Under the pieces are notes generated by a model. That model saw only the letters and a program-made list of their open reading frames with translations. It had not been told where the DNA came from and did not search any database. Made by a program: the position numbers and the translations under genes. This document shows positions 46,051 through 54,786 of a stretch of DNA of 64,000 nucleotides, one piece after another. Numbering within the stretch: the stretch's first letter is position 1; every line of letters begins with the position of its first letter. Location of the stretch: the sequence record NC_047838.1. One strand, written 5' to 3'.

Positions 46051-47106
46051 ATGGCACCAATCAAATCGTCACTTTCAAGAAGCGCATCTAAACTTATCGG
46101 TGTTTTTAGAGAAAGAGACTTAAATATAAGAGGTTTGGTTCAGAAAGCAAGAGGAGATTTAGGAGCTTTTAGTGCATCTGGTGGAGATACAACAAGAACT
46201 TATAATGGCAAAACGATTCATACTTTTACAACAACAGGTGCTGCCACTCTTGTCTGTACTGGAAATCCAAAAGAGGTTGAGTATTTAATTGTTGGTGGTG
46301 GTGGACATGGTGTTGGTGGTTCTGGTGGAGGTGGTGGTGCCGGTGGATATAGAACTGGAACAACAACAATAGGAGCAGGAACTATAAACGTTCAAGTTGG
46401 TGCTGGTTCACCAATGGGCACTCCCATTCAATATAAATCTGTTGATTCACCATCTCCTTATGTAGAAAGTCCTAACCCTAAAAACGGCGGAACTCCATCA
46501 TTTTTTGGACCTATTATTTCTGAGGGTGGTGGTAATGGTGGTGGAGAGGCACCTAGTGGTCCAAATATAAGTGGTAGAGATGGTGGTTCTGGCGGTGGTG
46601 GATGGGCTGGTCCTTCAGACTCACCAGCAAACGCAGGAGGACTTGGCAGTTATGTTGTAGAAACTCAGACAGCATCCGGCAATCCACAAGGTAATAATGG
46701 TGGTGAAGCTAATGATGGTCCAGACTTTGACTCTTCTGGTGGTGGAGGTGGTGGTGCAGGACAAGCAGGTCAAAATGCTGGTCCAAATACCGGTGGAGAT
46801 GGTGGTTATGGATTAAGAGCACCAGATACATTCCGAGATCCTGGTGGATGGACTGGTGCTCCTGGACCTGGTGGAAACTGGTATGCTGCCGGTGGAGGTG
46901 GTGGTGGAGTTGATGGAAGGGGTGCTACCACATATGGCACTGGTGGATATGGTGGTGGTGGAAGTGGTGGAACCACAGGTGGTGATGGAACCAACAATAC
47001 TGGTGGTGGAGGAGGTGGATCCAGAGCAGGATTTGCTCCTACGGCTAGCTTGAGAGGAGGAAGTGGTGGACCTGGAGTTGTTCTTATTGCATATACTCCA
47101 GATTAA
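46051..47106 (+). CDS. Single-domain glycine-rich adhesin-like protein, tip 5
   Basis: One ASGG..KTIHTFT / YLIVGGGG / GVVLIAY unit. Confidence 0.7.
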   Translation: MAPIKSSLSRSASKLIGVFRERDLNIRGLVQKARGDLGAFSASGGDTTRTYNGKTIHTFTTTGAATLVCTGNPKEVEYLIVGGGGHGVGGSGGGGGAGGYRTGTTTIGAGTINVQVGAGSPMGTPIQYKSVDSPSPYVESPNPKNGGTPSFFGPIISEGGGNGGGEAPSGPNISGRDGGSGGGGWAGPSDSPANAGGLGSYVVETQTASGNPQGNNGGEANDGPDFDSSGGGGGGAGQAGQNAGPNTGGDGGYGLRAPDTFRDPGGWTGAPGPGGNWYAAGGGGGGVDGRGATTYGTGGYGGGGSGGTTGGDGTNNTGGGGGGSRAGFAPTASLRGGSGGPGVVLIAYTPD

Positions 47107-47108
47107 TA

Positions 47109-47117
47109 TGATATAAT
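47109..47117 (+). promoter_or_regulatory. Extended -10 promoter TGaTATAAT
   Basis: 12 nt upstream of the GTG start of the first oxygenase. Confidence 0.5.
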
Positions 47118-47129
47118 ATATTTTTTGAC

Positions 47130-47675
47130 GTGAAACATATACCATTTCAAACTGATTTTTACTCCTATATAATTCCTTCAAATAAAGAGTATTTGTTGAA
47201 TTTGTGCGAAAATTCTCCAAAAGTTAAAAATCAAACTTTTCTCTGGGGATCTAAATCAGTTTCAGAAAAAATTAGAATTAATCCAAATGGTTTCTGCGAT
47301 GCTTTGAAACCAGCAATAAATGAATTTTTTGAAGAGTTAGGAGCAACTGCACCTAAGATTAATGTGCATGAAGTTTGGAAAAATATTTACAAAAAAGGAT
47401 ACCATCAAGAACTGCATTATCATCCAGGATGTGACTTATCCTGTGTTATTTTTTTAGATGATTACAAAGAGGGACAGTCAAAATTTTATTTTTCCAATAG
47501 ACACTCATGTGAAATAACGAGCGTATGGGAAAAGTATGTAAATATAGATTCTTGGTACATGTATCCAGAGAGAGGTGGAGTAATATTTTTTCCTTCACAC
47601 ATGTTACATGGTGTTACCCCTCACAATTTAAGTGGAGAAAGAAAAACAATTTCTATCAATATCTCTTTTGATTGA
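47130..47675 (+). CDS. 2OG-Fe(II) oxygenase (TIGR02466-like)
   Basis: HYH..DLSCVIFL, IFFPSHMLHGV..RKTISIN. Confidence 0.75.
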   Translation: MKHIPFQTDFYSYIIPSNKEYLLNLCENSPKVKNQTFLWGSKSVSEKIRINPNGFCDALKPAINEFFEELGATAPKINVHEVWKNIYKKGYHQELHYHPGCDLSCVIFLDDYKEGQSKFYFSNRHSCEITSVWEKYVNIDSWYMYPERGGVIFFPSHMLHGVTPHNLSGERKTISINISFD

Positions 47676-47700
47676 CACTCCTCTGAACCTCATATATAAT
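47672..47700 (+). promoter_or_regulatory. Sigma70-type promoter TTGACA-17-TATAAT
   Basis: Perfect consensus upstream of three oxygenase genes. Confidence 0.85.
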
Positions 47701-47723
47701 AGACCTGAATACATTATAGGTAT

Positions 47724-48344
47724 ATGGCATTTCAATCAGTTTGGTATTATACCGACCTGCCCGAAGATATTGTAGATATCATCGAGAGGGACGTATCTGA
47801 AACTTTTGATGAACAAATGGGAGACTCCAAACTTCATGGGGATGCTCTCAATAAAGAGAAAAGGAACTCACAAAATGCCTGGATTCCAACGACTCACTGG
47901 GTCGGTGGTTTCTTGTGGCACTATATTCAACGTGCAAACCGTGAGAACTTCCTATATGATCTAAGGAACATCGACGGAGAGTCGATGCAATACACCCGAT
48001 ATGGTGAAGGTCAATTTTACGGATGGCATAATGATGCAGGACTTGCTACACAATACAAGCCCCAATCAGTAGGCAATCGTAATGATGGTCTGGCACAAGA
48101 CTTTGTGAATGAAAATATTGAGATGGTTCGCAAACTGTCTTTTGCGATGCAACTCTCTGACCCCGATGATTATGAGGGTGGTAATGTGCAACTGTTGGAT
48201 GAAGCAGGCAATAGTTATATTGTTCCCCGTAAACGAGGCACGATTGTATTGTTTGATTCCCGCACACAACACCGAGTTCTGAAAGTCACAAAAGGAACCC
48301 GTAAGTCTATCGTTGGATGGACTGTTGGACCCCGTTGGAAGTGA
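47724..48344 (+). CDS. 2OG-Fe(II) oxygenase, prolyl-4-hydroxylase/PKHD-like
   Basis: YGWHND, RKLS..QLSDPDDYEGG, VLFDS..HRV..VTKGTRKSIVGW. Confidence 0.88.
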   Translation: MAFQSVWYYTDLPEDIVDIIERDVSETFDEQMGDSKLHGDALNKEKRNSQNAWIPTTHWVGGFLWHYIQRANRENFLYDLRNIDGESMQYTRYGEGQFYGWHNDAGLATQYKPQSVGNRNDGLAQDFVNENIEMVRKLSFAMQLSDPDDYEGGNVQLLDEAGNSYIVPRKRGTIVLFDSRTQHRVLKVTKGTRKSIVGWTVGPRWK

Positions 48345-48352
48345 GGTAGAAC

Positions 48353-49090
48353 ATGGCAGAACAAATGAACGAACTGCAGTTGTTGTTTCAGGAGAAGCAA
48401 AACACAGGAACTGCCTGGACTCGTAATGACAAATTTGAAAAAGATGGATATCTGGTAGTCAAAGATCTCTGGGATCCTGAAGAACTTTATCATCCAGTCC
48501 CTGAACAGAAAGGACAATACAACTATTGGGATAAGAACCCTGAACATTTTAATCATGTTCCTGTTGAAAATCAGGTTGAAGGTTCTACTGCACGTTATTG
48601 GCATCCACAATATCGTGCGATTCACTCTGGTGTTCGCATGAAACTGGAGAAAGAAATCGGTCGCAAACTGTATAATACCTATTACTATGATAGGTATTAT
48701 TATCCTGGACAAGAACTGACACGACATGCTGACCGTGATGCATGTGAAATCTCTGTTTCTATTCATGTTAGCACCAACCTAGAAGGCAAGGATGCTGATT
48801 GGCCTTTCTGGATTAAGACACCAGATACTTACACCGACAAAAAGAAGACAACTGTTCTTGTTCCTGGTGAGAATCGTTCCCTGGTTCTGAAACCTGGTGA
48901 TGGTATTCTTTATAAAGGATGTGAAAGACCACACTGGCGTGATGCTATGCCTGGTGTGCAAAAGAAGAAGAATAAGAAACTGTTTGGCAAGAAAACTTCA
49001 GAGACTGAACTTTATTACCACCAAATCTTCTTCCACTATGTTTTGCAGGATGGACAAAGAGCACACTGTGCATGGGATAGAGCACGATGA
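48353..49090 (+). CDS. 2OG-Fe(II) oxygenase
   Basis: RHADRDACEISVS, LKPGDGILYKGCERPHWR. Confidence 0.8.
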   Translation: MAEQMNELQLLFQEKQNTGTAWTRNDKFEKDGYLVVKDLWDPEELYHPVPEQKGQYNYWDKNPEHFNHVPVENQVEGSTARYWHPQYRAIHSGVRMKLEKEIGRKLYNTYYYDRYYYPGQELTRHADRDACEISVSIHVSTNLEGKDADWPFWIKTPDTYTDKKKTTVLVPGENRSLVLKPGDGILYKGCERPHWRDAMPGVQKKKNKKLFGKKTSETELYYHQIFFHYVLQDGQRAHCAWDRAR

Positions 49091-49638
49091 AGGCACCACT
49101 TTTTGAATATCCTACTTATCAATATCAGATTAAAGACTGGGAGTTCAAGAAGAAAGGATTACTTAAAAGGATTAAGGAGGAGAAGTTCGTAAGGACTGAC
49201 CTCCAAACCTTTGAAACTGATAGGCAGACCAATAAGAAATCCTATCTTCATTACTTCCAAGATCTAATCAAAGATGAGTTGTGGGAGTTTGTGCAAGAGG
49301 CACAAGTTACCTGTAGTATGACTGATGTGTGGACTGTCAGGTATCAAAAAGGTGATCACCAAACAATTCACAATCATAAGAGTTGGGGATTTACTGGTAT
49401 TCTTTATGTTGAGTATGACCCTAAAGTTCATACTCCTACCTGTTTTGTAGCACCATGGCAAGATCCTAGAAGTGATACTACATCTCTTGCTTATCCACAG
49501 AACGTGAAAGAGGGAACAATCTTTATCTCTCCATCTTATACCCTACACTTTGTGCATCCTAATCAAGTAAGAAAGCACAGAACGATTATGTCTTTTGACC
49601 TTTTACCTAAACTTCCTGACCACCAATCTGTTTCTTGA
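49087..49638 (+). CDS. 2OG-Fe(II) oxygenase (TIGR02466-like)
   Basis: HNH..FTGILYV, EGTIFISPS..LHFV..RTIMSFD. Confidence 0.75.
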   Translation: MKAPLFEYPTYQYQIKDWEFKKKGLLKRIKEEKFVRTDLQTFETDRQTNKKSYLHYFQDLIKDELWEFVQEAQVTCSMTDVWTVRYQKGDHQTIHNHKSWGFTGILYVEYDPKVHTPTCFVAPWQDPRSDTTSLAYPQNVKEGTIFISPSYTLHFVHPNQVRKHRTIMSFDLLPKLPDHQSVS

Positions 49639-49664
49639 TAAATAACTAGAAACGTATAAGTGTA

Positions 49665-50081
49665 ATGACTAGGGCTCGCGATCTAGCAAGATTTGCAAAT
49701 AATCAAGCATTATCCGTTGATAGTGATTTAGAAGTAGGTATCAACTCTACATCTCCTGCTGCAAAACTTGATGTTCGCGGCAACGTTGTTATTACCGGCG
49801 TATTAACTGCAACCACCTTTGTTGGTGATGGTTCAAACTTGACTGGTGTTAGTGGATTTGCCACGGCACTTAATTCAAGTCAATCATCACCACTTTTTAA
49901 TGTCTTCAAGACACCAGATACATTAACAATAGGAGGAGGAACTTCTATTTCTGTTGAGTCTGATACTACATCAGGAAATATTGCATTTATGAGAAATAGT
50001 AGAGTACATGTAGCAACTGGTGCAACGTTCCATGTTGGTTCGGGAACCACACTTCTTACAAATGTACTGAACATTTTTTGA
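49665..50081 (+). CDS. Connector protein, class gamma (MTRARDLA)
   Basis: GFATAL..PL..NVLN C-terminus; late promoter 49638. Confidence 0.6.
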   Translation: MTRARDLARFANNQALSVDSDLEVGINSTSPAAKLDVRGNVVITGVLTATTFVGDGSNLTGVSGFATALNSSQSSPLFNVFKTPDTLTIGGGTSISVESDTTSGNIAFMRNSRVHVATGATFHVGSGTTLLTNVLNIF

Positions 50082-50115
50082 TAAATAACATATAGCAAAA
50101 GGACTTTAGAATCAA

Positions 50116-51039
50116 ATGTCTGAGATTAGGGTAAATAACATAGCAAATGAGGCAGGAACTGGCGCTCCTACCTTAACTTATGGAGCACAAGTCCCTACCG
50201 GAATGGGCATTACTGGCGCTGGTGGAATCAATATTACTGGAGTAATTACTGCCACGAGTTTTGCAGGAAACGCAACTGGATTAACTGGTTCTCCAAACGT
50301 TACAGTAACAAACGTTTCTGCACAAGATATTCAGGTTGGTGGTGCTTTAACCATCACAGGTAATTTGACAGTTGATGGTACTCAAACAATTGTCAATACT
50401 ACTGTTCTTGATATTCAAGATAAGACAGTAGGTATTGCATCTACATCTGCTGCAACTGATACAACAGCAGATGGCGCAGGTATTGAGATCTACGCAAGTT
50501 CTTCAACACCAAGTAATAATAAGTCAATCCTTTGGCAACAAGAATCAACATACTTTACTTTTAGTGATGGTATTGATATTCCTGGTGCAGTAGAAACTGT
50601 AGGAACAGCAACAACATTTACTCAGAGTGCAGACAAAGTTATTCTGAGTCTTGATGCACAGACAGGTACAGTATTTGAACATAATATTGCAACAAACGGA
50701 TCAGTTGGTATCGTTTCTCTGACTAACTTCCCGAGTGCAGCAGTTAAACCTAATTCACTCACCACATTTACTGTAATCTTTACCTGTGATACTGCATTAC
50801 AAGGTTTAGGTAATACCACAGCAGCAACGGGTATTGGAACTCACTTAACTCTGATTCCTTATAACGGAGTATCAATCGCTAATACTTCAGCAAAAGTTGC
50901 AACTGCATCCACGGTTACACTTTCTACAACTGCTGGAGATGTAGATATCGTCACTTTTGTTGTTAAGTCGGGAACAGCAGCAACCACAGCATTCGTTACC
51001 AACAACGGAAATCTCCGCTTCGGTAGCATCAATCCTTGA
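50116..51039 (+). CDS. Stalk with fused C-terminal adaptor domain (MSEIRVNN)
   Basis: Paralogue of 53758; LTVDGTQTIVNT..DKTVGIAST; late promoter 50081. Confidence 0.65.
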   Translation: MSEIRVNNIANEAGTGAPTLTYGAQVPTGMGITGAGGINITGVITATSFAGNATGLTGSPNVTVTNVSAQDIQVGGALTITGNLTVDGTQTIVNTTVLDIQDKTVGIASTSAATDTTADGAGIEIYASSSTPSNNKSILWQQESTYFTFSDGIDIPGAVETVGTATTFTQSADKVILSLDAQTGTVFEHNIATNGSVGIVSLTNFPSAAVKPNSLTTFTVIFTCDTALQGLGNTTAATGIGTHLTLIPYNGVSIANTSAKVATASTVTLSTTAGDVDIVTFVVKSGTAATTAFVTNNGNLRFGSINP

Positions 51040-51051
51040 GGAGGTTAACTA

Positions 51052-53235
51052 ATGAGTGTATTTAACGAGTTTTTTAAGAAAGAAAAACCACATTTTACTG
51101 GTATTTCTAGAGGATTGGGTGGTTTTGGTTTTGGTGCCGGTGTTGTCGTTTCTGAGGATGGATCTCCTGGTGGATTACTTGTACCAGATAACATGGGGTC
51201 TGGTGGAGTTATTGAGGTAACTGGCGGCACTATTCGTCACGTCTTTATTTCTCCAGGAACATTCCAAGCTGGACCAGAGCATCCAGGAACAGTTCAATAT
51301 CTGGTCCTCGGTGGAGGTGGTGGCGGAGGTGGTGCTCACCACGGTGCTGGTGGTGGTGCTGGCGGATTGGTCATCGATACATCTCACCCCATTAGTGCTG
51401 GAACACCATATGCCATTACTGTTGGTGAAGGTGGTCAAGGCGGAAAAGGTAATAGAAATAACCCCAAGAACCCAGGTGTAGGTGGTAATGGTGCTGCCTC
51501 AACCGCATTTGGTGCTACTGCTAATGGTGGCGGAGGTGGTGGTTGCTCAACTCCTGGTCAACCGCCTGCTTATGATTTAGGACAACCTGGAGGTTGTGGT
51601 GGTGGTGCTGGTGGATCTGGTGCAAATGATTCTCCCGGTACTGCAACAGGAAGCACAGCTGGTCCAGGCACCGTATATGGAAATGCAGGTGGACCAAAAG
51701 GTAGTCCCAATACTGATCCTGGATACTTCGGCGGCGGAGGAGGTGGTGCCGGTGGTGTCGGTGGTACAGGTGGAACTGCTCCACCGGATAAAGGTGCTGG
51801 CGGTCAAGGATATGATGCTCCAGACATATTTAATGTCGGTGATAATGGAACTGGATCTCCTTGGACTGGATGGTCACCAAGTAACCCTGGATCATCTAGA
51901 TTTGGTGGTGGTGGATCTTCAGCTGCATACAGCAGATCCACCATCGGAGCAGGTGGAGAAGGTGGTGGAGGTTCTGCTGGTTGGGCTAATAGCACTAACT
52001 CTAATAATCCAGGACATCCGACTGCCTCTAATGGACACCCTGGTAGAAACTACTTTGGTTGCGGCGGTGGCGGCGGAGAAAGAAATGGAGTTGGCGGTGG
52101 TCATGGAGGTAATGGAGTCGTTATTGTTGCATATGATGCCTCACCAACACCTTTCTGCTCAGGTAGAACCAGTGCCACTAAACTTGTAGAAGCTACAGGT
52201 GGATTTATTTCTGAACACTTAAATCCTGATGGAGTTAGTGTTGATAGAGTTCATATGTTCTCTGCTTTCCAAAATGATGAGGCAGCTCAAGATTCTGGTG
52301 CTGGTAAAGCACAACAACTGTTTATAGTCACCGCAGTTCCTGGTCCTGGTGCTGCTGATATTCTTCTCGTCGGTGGTGGTGGCGGTGGAGGATATAAAGG
52401 TGGCGGTGGAGGTGGTGGTCAAGTTGTGACTGCTCCGGTTACACTTACCGCACAAACTTATATTGTAAAAGTTGGAACTGGTGGTCAGGGTGATATGCCA
52501 ACTTCTTCTCCCACGGGAACGGAGGCTAGTCACAGACCCGGAGGATCAACAACATTTGGACCACCATCAGCAAACTCTACATTCGGAGCAGGTGGTGGAG
52601 GAAAAGGTGGATCTGACAGCACCCCGAATGACCCTGATAAGAGCGGTGACAACGGTTATCAAGATGGATCTGGTGGCGGTGTAGCTGGCGGAGGTTATGG
52701 GTTCGGTTCAAGTGCTGGTTCTAGTGGCACTACTAACCCATCACCAAATCCAGGTGGAACTGGATACTCAAATCCTGGAGGTGGTAGAGGTTCTTCACCA
52801 TATGATCCATATAATAATGGTGGTGGCGGCGGTGGTGCCGGTGGTGCCGGTTCTGCTGGTGGATCTGGAAATGGCAACGGTGGTGCTGGAGTGGAAATTT
52901 CTCTGTTTGATATGTACGGCACCAATAGTTCAAATAGTGTTGCAGGAAGCACCAGTAAAGGATACTTCGGTGGTGGCGGAGGAGGAGGCGGTGATGCTCC
53001 ACCTTCAGGTGCCGGTGGATCAGGTGGTGGCGGATTCGGTGTGAATCCCTCCACCGGTTGGGCAGGTGCTAGACCATCGCCTAGTTGGCCAGATTCCATG
53101 GCAAGTCGTGCTAGAAGCGGACTCCCAGGAACCGGCGGTGGTGGCGGTGGAGGTTCTAATGAAACCGATCAAGCTACCGGTGGTGATGGAGGAGATGGTA
53201 TCTTCTGCATTAGATACAAGTATATTGCTGGTTGA
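51052..53235 (+). CDS. Two-domain glycine-rich adhesin-like protein, tip 6
   Basis: FNEFFKKEKP leader; two glycine-rich units. Confidence 0.7.
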   Translation: MSVFNEFFKKEKPHFTGISRGLGGFGFGAGVVVSEDGSPGGLLVPDNMGSGGVIEVTGGTIRHVFISPGTFQAGPEHPGTVQYLVLGGGGGGGGAHHGAGGGAGGLVIDTSHPISAGTPYAITVGEGGQGGKGNRNNPKNPGVGGNGAASTAFGATANGGGGGGCSTPGQPPAYDLGQPGGCGGGAGGSGANDSPGTATGSTAGPGTVYGNAGGPKGSPNTDPGYFGGGGGGAGGVGGTGGTAPPDKGAGGQGYDAPDIFNVGDNGTGSPWTGWSPSNPGSSRFGGGGSSAAYSRSTIGAGGEGGGGSAGWANSTNSNNPGHPTASNGHPGRNYFGCGGGGGERNGVGGGHGGNGVVIVAYDASPTPFCSGRTSATKLVEATGGFISEHLNPDGVSVDRVHMFSAFQNDEAAQDSGAGKAQQLFIVTAVPGPGAADILLVGGGGGGGYKGGGGGGGQVVTAPVTLTAQTYIVKVGTGGQGDMPTSSPTGTEASHRPGGSTTFGPPSANSTFGAGGGGKGGSDSTPNDPDKSGDNGYQDGSGGGVAGGGYGFGSSAGSSGTTNPSPNPGGTGYSNPGGGRGSSPYDPYNNGGGGGGAGGAGSAGGSGNGNGGAGVEISLFDMYGTNSSNSVAGSTSKGYFGGGGGGGGDAPPSGAGGSGGGGFGVNPSTGWAGARPSPSWPDSMASRARSGLPGTGGGGGGGSNETDQATGGDGGDGIFCIRYKYIAG

Positions 53236-53266
53236 TAACCTAAATAACTAGAAACGACTTGGTATA

Positions 53267-53728
53267 ATGGCAGTCACCCAAGCTACAACTCTTGCTGATT
53301 TTACTAGTGGTATTGGTACTGCTGGTGCTATATTACAAGTAGATAATGCAGATCAGAGGGTCGGTATTGGCACCACCGATCCACAAGCAACTCTGCAAGT
53401 GGGTATTGCCATTACGATGGATGGCACCGCTGGTGTTATCACAGCAACCAAGTTTGTTGGAGAAGGATCACAATTAACAGGTGTATCTGGTCTTGGTACT
53501 GCTCTCAGTAATACCACTACAAATCCATTAAGTAAGATATTCTTTGTCAATCAGACATTAGATATTACATCAGAAACTACAGTTACTGCACCAGACTCTG
53601 CATCCCAAAGTGTAGATGGGTTTAATGTTGCGTACACTAACTTCCAAGACGTAAGTTGTGATGATGGTATTGATTTAATTATTGCTGACGGATCAGACCT
53701 CGTGTTAGATGTGCTCCAACTCCGATAA
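53267..53728 (+). CDS. Connector protein, class gamma (MAVTQA)
   Basis: GLGTAL..PL..DVLQ C-terminus; late promoter 53240. Confidence 0.6.
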   Translation: MAVTQATTLADFTSGIGTAGAILQVDNADQRVGIGTTDPQATLQVGIAITMDGTAGVITATKFVGEGSQLTGVSGLGTALSNTTTNPLSKIFFVNQTLDITSETTVTAPDSASQSVDGFNVAYTNFQDVSCDDGIDLIIADGSDLVLDVLQLR

Positions 53729-53757
53729 CTATAAATAACTAGAAAGATGATAGGGTA

Positions 53758-54771
53758 ATGTCAAGAGTAAGAGCAGACAAACTTGTCAATAGAGCAGCGA
53801 GTGGCGCTCCTGAATTAACATATGGTGCCCAAGTTGTCACCGGTATGGGTATTACTGGTGCCGGTGGAATCAACATCACCGGTGTTGCAACTGCTGGTAG
53901 TTTTGTAGGAAACATTACTGGTAATGTAACTGGTAACGCTACAGGACTGACTGGCACTCCTGATATTACTGTTGATGGCATTACTGCCAACGATATTAAC
54001 GTCAGCGGATCTTGCACCATTACAGGTAATTTAACTGTTGATGGCACTCAGACGATTGTTAATACATCAACTCTTGATATTGCTGATAAGACTGTAGGTA
54101 TTGCATCCACGACAGCAGCAACCGATGCAACTGCTGATGGTGCAGGTATTGAAATCTATGCAAGTTCAACGGAAGCAGATAATAATAAGACAATTCTGTG
54201 GCAGAGAGATACTGGATGCTTTGAGTTTAGTGAACCAACGAAACATAAAGGTGTTGTAGAGACTGTTGCAGCAGCATCAACTCATACAGATACAAGTGGT
54301 AATGTGGTCTTAGAACTAGACATGGCCGCGGCAACCACATTTACCCATACAATTCCTGCTGCAAGTAGTGCAGGAAGAGGATTGAATATTGGTATTGTTT
54401 CGTTCAAGAACATGCCAGCAGATAATGGTGTGGCAAACGGACAATCAGTCACCGTTATCTTCACTCAAGCATCATCTGCACACGGTGGTGCAACTGGAGC
54501 AGGTAATACTGTAGCAACAAATGGTATTGGTGCTACATGTAATATTGCTGCATTTGAAGATGGATCTGTTAAGGCAGGTATTTCAACTAGAGCATTTGTT
54601 GGTGGAGGAACTGGTGCTGCATCAACTGTGACACTATCTCCCGAGAAGAATGATATTGACTTTGTTTCCTTCTTCGTTCAATACACAGGTGGAACAAATA
54701 CTGACCTGAAGAGTTATAAAGTATACGTCACGAAGAACGGTGGGTTCAATCAAGGCAGCGTAGGCGTTTGA
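53758..54771 (+). CDS. Stalk with fused C-terminal adaptor domain (MSRVRADK)
   Basis: Paralogue of 50116; late promoter TATAAATAACT 53730. Confidence 0.65.
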   Translation: MSRVRADKLVNRAASGAPELTYGAQVVTGMGITGAGGINITGVATAGSFVGNITGNVTGNATGLTGTPDITVDGITANDINVSGSCTITGNLTVDGTQTIVNTSTLDIADKTVGIASTTAATDATADGAGIEIYASSTEADNNKTILWQRDTGCFEFSEPTKHKGVVETVAAASTHTDTSGNVVLELDMAAATTFTHTIPAASSAGRGLNIGIVSFKNMPADNGVANGQSVTVIFTQASSAHGGATGAGNTVATNGIGATCNIAAFEDGSVKAGISTRAFVGGGTGAASTVTLSPEKNDIDFVSFFVQYTGGTNTDLKSYKVYVTKNGGFNQGSVGV

Positions 54772-54786
54772 TAGGAGGTAACTAAC

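Noticed and set aside
51064-51090. GAG TTT TTT AAG in the leaders of tips 6 and 7 as a frameshift site
   Set aside because: Heptamer in frame is G TTT TTT (non-canonical), no downstream structure noticed, and the zero frame already encodes the full protein.
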